Source of the DNA: a virus
Lineage: Duplodnaviria; Caudoviricetes
Length of the DNA stretch: 47,290 nucleotides
IMG/VR virus record: IMGVR_UViG_3300030376_004479
Span: 1 to 47,290 of that record
Direction: 5' to 3' (one strand)
Position numbers and translations under genes: made by a program
Part shown: one piece after another, positions 8,657 to 14,666 of the stretch
How the letters are laid out: the number at the start of each line of letters is the position of its first letter
How positions within the stretch are numbered: the first letter of the stretch is position 1
The notes under the pieces: generated by a model
The model's database searches: none
What the model saw: only the letters and a program-made list of their open reading frames with translations
Told to the model about the DNA's origin: nothing

Positions 8657-9220
8657 ATGAAAGAAGAGCAGTCGGGTTTTGAGCCTTTGTTAGATCAAGC
8701 AGAAGATCCAGCAATAGAGTTTTTCAATCTATCAAACAAGTTAAATCGTATGCAACGCATATTTGTCTGGAAGGTTGTTAACAATCCACAGATGTCTTAT
8801 GTTGAATGTGCTCGTAAGTCGGGTTACAAAGACGCAAGGCAGTCGGCCTATAAACTATTGAAACATCCAGAAGTTAAGAAAGAGATCAACTATCTCATGG
8901 GTGAAGTTCGCAAGAAGTATGAGTTGAACCAGGACAGAGCTGTAAAAGATTTATACGACATTAGGGATAAAGCCTTGGAGTCGGGATCATTTAACGCAGC
9001 TATCGCAGCTCAAAACAGTTTGCTTAAGGTTGGTGGGTTAGTAGTTGATAAGAAAGAAGTTCGTTTCGGGAAAATAGATCAGATGTCTCGTGCTGAGATC
9101 GAGAATAGATTAAAGCAATTGATGGGTGATGTTATTGAGGGAGAGATAACAGACGAGACTGAAGGATCAATCTCGCCATCTGCTATCAACGAAGTCCAAG
9201 AAAACTCCGAACAGGATTAA
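8657..9220 (+). CDS. terS: Terminase small subunit
   Basis: L..MQRIFV..ECARKSGY..A..SAYKLLKHPEVKKEI HTH followed by AAIAAQ..LLKVGGLVVDKKEV oligomerisation region. Confidence 0.75.
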   Translation: MKEEQSGFEPLLDQAEDPAIEFFNLSNKLNRMQRIFVWKVVNNPQMSYVECARKSGYKDARQSAYKLLKHPEVKKEINYLMGEVRKKYELNQDRAVKDLYDIRDKALESGSFNAAIAAQNSLLKVGGLVVDKKEVRFGKIDQMSRAEIENRLKQLMGDVIEGEITDETEGSISPSAINEVQENSEQD

Positions 9221-9234
9221 TAGTATTATTTCCA

Positions 9235-9465
9235 TTAAAGTCCTCTGTCGTCTTTGAGCTTTATGACAACTTTGTCTATAACACTAGACATGGTCTTTAT
9301 ATCTCTGTTAGCTCTGCGATAAGCTTTATATTCTTGAATAAGAAAAGGTTTATTAGATTCAACATAGTCGGTAAAGCTCTTTTGATCTTGTAGCTCTCCG
9401 TATCTGCTTTTCTCGTCACAATAGGTTGCATAGTTCTTCATAATAAAAATATCAATTCTTCTCAT
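9235..9465 (-). CDS. Hypothetical protein
   Basis: 76-aa ORF with GAGGTG RBS, converging on terS. Confidence 0.55.
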   Translation of the reverse strand: MRRIDIFIMKNYATYCDEKSRYGELQDQKSFTDYVESNKPFLIQEYKAYRRANRDIKTMSSVIDKVVIKLKDDRGL

Positions 9466-9628
9466 TATTCACCTCTTCAATAAATTGTATTTTGGTTTCA
9501 CCTTGAACAGGTTCAAACTTTCTTAAAGACCCAATCAAGACAGTATGTTCAGCTTCTTTAATATTGTCGGCTTTAATACTGCCTTTATAGGTAGTTATCT
9601 CTTTGAATTCAACTTTAAATTCTTTCAT
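9452..9628 (-). CDS. 58-aa hypothetical protein (not in ORF track)
   Basis: MKEFKVEFKEITTYKGSIKADNIKEAEHTV...; GGAAG/GAGG upstream, ATGA overlap; same (F/Y)xV..(I/V)xAxxxxEA pattern as its neighbour. Confidence 0.55.
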   Translation of the reverse strand: MKEFKVEFKEITTYKGSIKADNIKEAEHTVLIGSLRKFEPVQGETKIQFIEEVNNEKN

Positions 9629-9828
9629 GATTTATCTTCCTCTTCTGCTCGGTAGCCATACCAGCTACCACAGTCAACGGCTTTCCAATCATGCTTATCA
9701 CAATCGTCATTCATATCGTTTTCACATATTTGCTCTGCTTCTTTAGGGCTAGTGGCATTGACATAAGTGACATGGTAAACAGGTTGGACTGCTGTCACTC
9801 GGTATAATTTAACTTTAGCTTTTTTCAT
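9625..9828 (-). CDS. Hypothetical protein (YxV..VxAxSxxEA family)
   Basis: AAGGA RBS; YRVTAVQPVYHVTYVNATSPKEAEQI. Confidence 0.6.
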   Translation of the reverse strand: MKKAKVKLYRVTAVQPVYHVTYVNATSPKEAEQICENDMNDDCDKHDWKAVDCGSWYGYRAEEEDKS

Positions 9829-9848
9829 AATATTTCCTTATGGTTAAT

Positions 9849-10100
9849 GCTGGTTCTGTTTTGTATGTCTAAACCAGCAAGAGACACGCTTGTTGTGTTT
9901 TGTTATTTATCGACATTGAAACACCCACACATTGAGGAAAAATCAGTCTAGTTGTTTGCACTTTTAAAGTCGTCCAATAGTCAACAACATACTGTTGGGG
10001 AGACTTAAAGTGGGCAGTTGGGTTAACAAAGATACCCCGAATTTAATCTAGGCTTTACACTTTGGATAGTTCATTAACTGCTAATTTCCCTATCAACCCT
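9849..10100. ncRNA. Candidate structured non-coding RNA (pseudoknot plus several stems)
   Basis: Lies in a 285-nt gene-free gap with several complementary segments (see findings); not matched to a known family. Confidence 0.4.
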
Positions 10101-10113
10101 CGCACTTAATCGG

Positions 10114-10425
10114 TTAATGCACTCCTTCCATTCTCTGAACAGAACCTGTAACTTCAGCTAATTTGCTTTCCATCCAATTTATATTTTCTTGATAGAACGG
10201 CACATTTTCTTGAACGGCTATTTGTTTAGCTAGTTCTTGAGTTGCTGACCAAAGGTTATGATCCAATTCTTCTAAGTCTTCGCACATATGGCTTAATATG
10301 TTCTCTAACTTAGCTTCATTCTTTTTGGTATCAGGACAAGTCATAAGGAGAAAGAAACACACGGCTACTCTCTCCTTAGCATTCTTAGGATTTTCGATTA
10401 ATTGATCTACATTTACTTTCTTCAT
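10114..10425 (-). CDS. Hypothetical protein
   Basis: 103-aa ORF overlapping the stop of the upstream gene. Confidence 0.55.
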   Translation of the reverse strand: MKKVNVDQLIENPKNAKERVAVCFFLLMTCPDTKKNEAKLENILSHMCEDLEELDHNLWSATQELAKQIAVQENVPFYQENINWMESKLAEVTGSVQRMEGVH

Positions 10426-10817
10426 GTTAATTTAGCCTTAAGTGTTTCAATCAGTTTATCGAAATCTACTGAGTCGCTTAAACTAGCTAAGACAACTTCA
10501 GTCTCAATCTTGTTTCTAAGACCCTTATCGTCCCATCTGAAGTCGCCATCAAAATGGTAGGCATAACAGTTAGCAAGTTCAAAATACTCATTATCTAAAG
10601 ACTCATTAAACTCTTTATGCATGTTTTGTAATTTATCTGTTAAGTTAGACACTTCTTTTTTTGTCTTCTTAAGTGTTTCTCTTACGGACATAAGATCAAG
10701 ATACTTAGGGTTATTCTTCATTTCAGAAGAAAGCTTAGATATGCCTTCTTCTCGTATTATTTCATATCCTCTTTGCACAAGGATATTTCTCTCGTTCATG
10801 GTCATTCTTTTTGCCAT
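10422..10817 (-). CDS. Hypothetical coiled-coil protein
   Basis: Start moved to ATG 10817 (GGAG at 10825-10828); MAKRMTMNERN... Confidence 0.6.
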   Translation of the reverse strand: MAKRMTMNERNILVQRGYEIIREEGISKLSSEMKNNPKYLDLMSVRETLKKTKKEVSNLTDKLQNMHKEFNESLDNEYFELANCYAYHFDGDFRWDDKGLRNKIETEVVLASLSDSVDFDKLIETLKAKLT

Positions 10818-11104
10818 AATAATTCTCCAATAGTTAATGTGTGTATGTATGGCTTTGTTCATATCGTAACTGAAAGGCTTTCGAACCCTAGCAACATATA
10901 TATAAGATATGTTACTGCTACGAAACTGGTATAGATTTAAATGCTTACCACTTTTGTGCATACCATACATAAACACAAGTATTAGTTAATCATATGTTAG
11001 ACTAGATGTAAACAAAATATACATAATAAATAGAGTTATTTGGGGGTAGAGTAGGGGTTAAACTGCATACCCTAGCTCTCTCAGTCGCTCTCTGAAAAGA
11101 AATT

Positions 11105-11202
11105 GTCGGGTGTCGGGCAGTCGGGTAGTCGGGTAAGACAATAAAGAGCTGTATGGACAGTATAACACAACAACACACTATCACATTACACACACCAGGT
11201 GC
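11105..11202 (+). repeat. Repeat module 1: (GTCGGG)x4, ACAC tract, CCAGGTGC
   Basis: GTCGGG at 11105, 11112, 11120, 11128; CCAGGTGC at 11195. Confidence 0.75.
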
Positions 11203-11250
11203 TGCGGATCTTCCAGGGGAAGGGTTTGTGGATAAAAATAGATCTTCACA

Positions 11251-11286
11251 TTACTTGACTTCATGTCTACTTCGTGTAACTATAAG
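11251..11286 (+). promoter_or_regulatory. Early promoter candidate
   Basis: TTACTTGACTT..TACTT..GTAACTATAAG, very similar to the box at 11659-11695; -10 match imperfect. Confidence 0.45.
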
Positions 11287-11314
11287 CACATACATTATTA
11301 AAAGGAGAAATGAT

Positions 11315-11536
11315 ATGTCTTTATATAAATACTTAGGAACTTACGGCCAATATCTAGTTGGCAACAATATGGCTGACACAAGAGCTCATGCTATTGAGAA
11401 AGGTCTGCGAGAAGTATTGAGTGCAGTTAACGGTTGTGATGATCGTAACTTGGCTCTGTTTAAAAAACACGAGCCTGATCTGTATAACGGCTTGGTAAGA
11501 TATGCCAAAATACAGATGGAGCGAGTGCCCGAGTAA
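11315..11536 (+). CDS. Hypothetical early protein
   Basis: AAGGAG RBS; start moved to ATG 11315. Confidence 0.6.
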   Translation: MSLYKYLGTYGQYLVGNNMADTRAHAIEKGLREVLSAVNGCDDRNLALFKKHEPDLYNGLVRYAKIQMERVPE

Positions 11537-11632
11537 GTCGGGGACAAGTCGGGATTGCTGGTAGTGATCTCGGCTGACTCTACGAGGTAAGTACTACACA
11601 ATAGTTAACACAATCATTCTGGATCCAGGCGC
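11537..11632 (+). repeat. Repeat module 2: (GTCGGG)x2, (ACACAAT)x2, CCAGGCGC
   Basis: GTCGGG at 11537 and 11548; ACACAAT at 11596 and 11608; CCAGGCGC at 11625. Confidence 0.7.
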
Positions 11633-11662
11633 AGCCTATGTGAAGATCCTCTGGTTTTTTAC

Positions 11663-11690
11663 TTGACTTATTGATTACTTGTAGTAGACT
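11663..11690 (+). promoter_or_regulatory. Early promoter candidate
   Basis: TTGACT-16nt-TAGACT. Confidence 0.5.
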
Positions 11691-11697
11691 TATAGAT

Positions 11698-11767
11698 AAG
11701 TTGCTTTTGGTGAGGTTGATTTGTATTTCTCCTAGGAAGTAAAACAGACGATCATTAAAAGCAGCTT
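11698..11767 (+). ncRNA. Long 5'-leader hairpin or small RNA
   Basis: AAGTTGCTTTTGGTGA pairs with TCATTAAAAGCAGCTT (16 bp; the three non-Watson-Crick pairs are all G-U on + strand). Confidence 0.5.
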
Positions 11768-11787
11768 TTAATTAAGGAGAATGGAAA

Positions 11788-11946
11788 ATGGAAAAATGGT
11801 TTAAAACCCTAACGACAAGAGAATTAAAAACTTGGTTGAAAAACTTTGACAAACCCAATAGCTTAAACGGTTATTTTTTAGGCGGCCCTGACAAGGAGCA
11901 TATAAAAATGGCAAGAGCAGAACTAAATAGTAGAGGGTTATTCTGA
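11788..11946 (+). CDS. 52-aa hypothetical protein (not in ORF track)
   Basis: AAGGAG RBS; MEKWFKTLTTRELKTWL..ARAELNSRGLF; TGATG overlap with next gene. Confidence 0.6.
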   Translation: MEKWFKTLTTRELKTWLKNFDKPNSLNGYFLGGPDKEHIKMARAELNSRGLF

Positions 11947-12254
11947 TGGATAAAGATAAAGTTAAAGATATACTCCGAGACGCTTTCCCCGAAGGATCAA
12001 CCGCTTACACGCTAGTTACTAAGGTGGCCCCTTCAGGTATGTCTAGGCATATAATGGTGGCAGGTTCTCTCAAGAAGGGACATGTTCAAAATGTCAGCTG
12101 GTATATATCAGAGTTGCTAGATTGGACATATAAAGACAATACCCGCTCCGTCTTTGTTGGCGGGTGCGGTATGGATATGGGGTTTCATCTAGTTTATACC
12201 TTATCAAATATATTGTATGACGACGGTTATGCTATCAAGCAACAATGGCTCTAA
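11946..12254 (+). CDS. Conserved phage hypothetical protein
   Basis: TAYTLVTKVAPSGMSRHI and VGGCGMDMGFHLVY motifs, which recur in phage early proteins. Confidence 0.65.
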   Translation: MDKDKVKDILRDAFPEGSTAYTLVTKVAPSGMSRHIMVAGSLKKGHVQNVSWYISELLDWTYKDNTRSVFVGGCGMDMGFHLVYTLSNILYDDGYAIKQQWL

Positions 12255-12325
12255 TGCTGGAGTTGTTTATTATTATTTGTATCCTTGCTTGGTTGGCTGA
12301 TAACTCGGGATCGGGTCGGGAATGA
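12254..12325 (+). CDS. 23-aa hydrophobic peptide (not in ORF track)
   Basis: MLELFIIICILAWLADNSGSGRE; TAATG coupling. Confidence 0.35.
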   Translation: MLELFIIICILAWLADNSGSGRE

Positions 12326-12394
12326 TAAACGGGGGATTAAAGGTAATGATCGGGACGCCATAACACACAATAATAACACACGAAGCCCAGGCGC
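12305..12394 (+). repeat. Repeat module 3: (TCGGG)x4, (TAACACAC)x2, CCAGGCGC
   Basis: TCGGG at 12305, 12311, 12316, 12350; TAACACAC at 12361 and 12374; CCAGGCGC at 12387. Confidence 0.7.
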
Positions 12395-12525
12395 AAAATG
12401 TATGTATCATGTTCGTTATTCCTTAGTCTGGGTGGAGTGTCTTAAAAAATAATTGAATTAATTGTTGTTTACCCCTTGTAAGTGTTACTACTATGTGTAT
12501 ACTTATTAATAAGGAGTTAATGAAT

Positions 12526-12726
12526 ATGAAAATTAAATTCATAATTGAAAACGATAACGGTGTCCAGCTACTAGCTGGTGCTGAGACTGAGTTACGAGAC
12601 TTAGTTGTTAATGGAATACAAGTTGTTAGGAATAGTGACTTGCATGTAGCAGATACTAGACAAGTTCTAGGTAATACTGACATCAATAATGTCATGCACT
12701 TAATAAGAGGTGAGACTAATGACTAA
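12526..12726 (+). CDS. Hypothetical early protein
   Basis: AAGGAG at 12511; start moved to ATG 12526. Confidence 0.55.
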   Translation: MKIKFIIENDNGVQLLAGAETELRDLVVNGIQVVRNSDLHVADTRQVLGNTDINNVMHLIRGETND

Positions 12727-13036
12727 GAGCAGGACTATAAATTACTATGCAGATGTAGGCTCTGTTTTAGTTTCAAGTGATATTGAAAGAGAAGACAAAA
12801 GAAGAAGAGCTAATCCTTCAAGATTCACTAGAGAGCAAGTAGAAGCTATTATCTTAGATATGTATGTAGGAGAAAGCATATTACTGAAGAATGAAGCTGA
12901 AAGAAATTTGTTCTATTTGGTAACTAATTCTATCAACTATTATATGAAGCCTACAAAAGTTGCTGTATCAACTCAGTTAGTAGAGGTAGAAGGTGACGAG
13001 CTATATAATCAGATAAGATTATGGAGGACTGCATAA
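12719..13036 (+). CDS. Putative DNA-binding protein (MxVGES..RLWR family)
   Basis: GAGGTG RBS; MYVGESILL and IRLWRTA motifs. Confidence 0.55.
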   Translation: MTKSRTINYYADVGSVLVSSDIEREDKRRRANPSRFTREQVEAIILDMYVGESILLKNEAERNLFYLVTNSINYYMKPTKVAVSTQLVEVEGDELYNQIRLWRTA

Positions 13037-13233
13037 TGGAAAAGCATAAATGTGTTCTTTGCGGTATTAACTTTAAAGGTTATGGTCACAACCCTGAACC
13101 GCTTGCTGAAGATGGCAGATGTTGTGAAAGTTGTAATGATGATGTTGTTACACAACGGATAAAAGATATGATCGCCTACGATAAAGAGTTCGAGAGGTAT
13201 AGAAAACAACGGGAGGCGAGAGGTGAAAACTAA
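13036..13233 (+). CDS. Small zinc-finger protein
   Basis: CVLCG..GYGHNPEPL..GRCCESCN. Confidence 0.65.
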   Translation: MEKHKCVLCGINFKGYGHNPEPLAEDGRCCESCNDDVVTQRIKDMIAYDKEFERYRKQREARGEN

Positions 13234-13258
13234 ATAAAAGACTAAAGGGTTACTCCTG

Positions 13259-13283
13259 AAGGGACGGCTTAGGCCGTCCTTTT
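13259..13283 (+). terminator. Rho-independent terminator ending the early block
   Basis: AGGGACGGC-TTAG-GCCGTCCTTTT. Confidence 0.7.
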
Positions 13284-13529
13284 GTCGTTATTGGGACTCT
13301 ATTGGTCAGATGAGTCGGGAACGCAATCGGGTTTTTTTGAGGGGTGACACCCATTTTGCCCTGCGGGGTATATACACAATACTTTACACAAGGTTTGACA
13401 CATACAAAATCCACTTTTTTTACAAAGGGTCCCATACGGGGGGTATATATGTTATATTTTTTATGGGTTTGGCTACTGTTCTAAGCTATATTAAATCTAG
13501 CTCTTCTCCACGATTGCAGTAGCCTACCC

Positions 13530-13558
13530 TTGCAAAAAGATTCTTATCCGTATACTAT
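13530..13558 (+). promoter_or_regulatory. Promoter at the start of the morphogenesis arm
   Basis: TTGCAA-17nt-TACTAT, 6 nt upstream of ATG 13565. Confidence 0.5.
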
Positions 13559-13564
13559 TCGATT

Positions 13565-13834
13565 ATGGAACCTCAAATGATGAATCAGGAGTTATCAGGA
13601 ATGACAGCCCCAGATCAAATACAAGCAGAAATAGATAATTTATCATCAGAAGAAAAACAAATGGCTAAACAATCTCTTATGGAGATCAAAGCGGTTATTC
13701 AACAGTTGATGGAGCAAGGTGCTTCCGAAGAAGAAATTATGCAAATGCTAGCGGATCTTGGTATTACTATGGAACAATTAGAATTTGCTGAACAATTATT
13801 TTCTCAAGGAAATGATTTAGGTATACAAATCTGA
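13565..13834 (+). CDS. Acidic helical hypothetical protein
   Basis: 89 aa, Q/E/M-rich. Confidence 0.6.
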   Translation: MEPQMMNQELSGMTAPDQIQAEIDNLSSEEKQMAKQSLMEIKAVIQQLMEQGASEEEIMQMLADLGITMEQLEFAEQLFSQGNDLGIQI

Positions 13835-14655
13835 TGTTTTTTAGAGGCTTGATAAATAAGATAAAAAAAAGAAGACCTATGTTAGCTAGTCGAATGGGTG
13901 GCTTTTTAAGACAAAGACCACAACTTATGGAAAGGATGCGTAACCTTAGGGGTATGCGTGGTATGGGTAGAAACATGATGATGCCTGGTATGGGTATCGG
14001 TAGTTTACCTAACATGCCTTCTAGAGATGTTAATGATTTACCTGTACCTGCTCTTGGCAATAACTTACCTATGGCCACACCAAGTCGAAGATCAGATATT
14101 ATGCCAAGAGACGGTATGATGCCGAAGCAACCACCTCAGTTAGGTATGGCAACTCAGATGCCAGGAGTACCGCCAAGAGGCTCAGGCCTACCGCCTATGC
14201 CAAATCCTATGATGGATATGCAGGGCAGACGTTTCATGAAAGACGGTGGTGGAGTAGATCCTAACCCAGGTATAACCGCTTTAAGAAAAGAGGCACCTGA
14301 AGTTGTCGAGCGTATGGGCTATCAAGAAGGTGGTGCAGTACCAGGTATAGATATGCCGAGCGGTAGTGACGCTGATATGATGAATTATCAAAATACCTTG
14401 ATGGCTCTTAGAAAACTGAAAGAATCCCTACCATCAAACCAGCAAGTATATTTTGATTCAGCCGTTCAAGAAATTTTAGGAGAAAGTGGCCGTACTATAT
14501 CAAACCAGGACAGAGAAATATTGAAAAAACGTGTTTTTGATGAAGGTATGTCCGATATGCAAAAACGTAAATTAGCAGGACTTAGAGGTTTAGCGGGCGG
14601 AGCTGGGCTCGGTCCAGGCGTTTTGAAAGTGCCACCTAGGTTACGTGTAGATTAA
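13834..14655 (+). CDS. Low-complexity Met/Pro/Gly/Arg-rich protein, possibly virion-internal
   Basis: Disordered composition; MKDGGGV and YQEGGAV motifs. Confidence 0.55.
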   Translation: MFFRGLINKIKKRRPMLASRMGGFLRQRPQLMERMRNLRGMRGMGRNMMMPGMGIGSLPNMPSRDVNDLPVPALGNNLPMATPSRRSDIMPRDGMMPKQPPQLGMATQMPGVPPRGSGLPPMPNPMMDMQGRRFMKDGGGVDPNPGITALRKEAPEVVERMGYQEGGAVPGIDMPSGSDADMMNYQNTLMALRKLKESLPSNQQVYFDSAVQEILGESGRTISNQDREILKKRVFDEGMSDMQKRKLAGLRGLAGGAGLGPGVLKVPPRLRVD

Positions 14656-14666
14656 GAGCAATATGA

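Noticed and set aside
9945-9972. tmRNA-like resume region (minus strand TAAAAGT GCA AAC AAC TAG)
   Set aside because: Tag frame stops after three codons and no tRNA-like acceptor or T arm is seen
10860-10930. tRNA-like element (minus strand GGGTTCGAAA next to a hairpin)
   Set aside because: No acceptor stem, D arm or proper anticodon arm; at most a leader hairpin
11105-12394. CRISPR array
   Set aside because: Repeats are 5-8 nt, irregularly spaced and separated by genes; no cas genes
246-12695. Overlapping ORFs 246-467, 892-1128, 1621-1809, 2558-2791, 6375-6560, 7644-7838, 7666-7854, 7948-8205, 10621-10833, 11002-11193, 11386-11601, 12423-12695
   Set aside because: Antisense or out-of-frame to better-supported genes or regulatory modules
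13250-13522. ORF-track ORFs 13250-13435 (-) and 13310-13522 (+)
   Set aside because: No RBS; they cross a terminator and repeat motifs; likely non-coding
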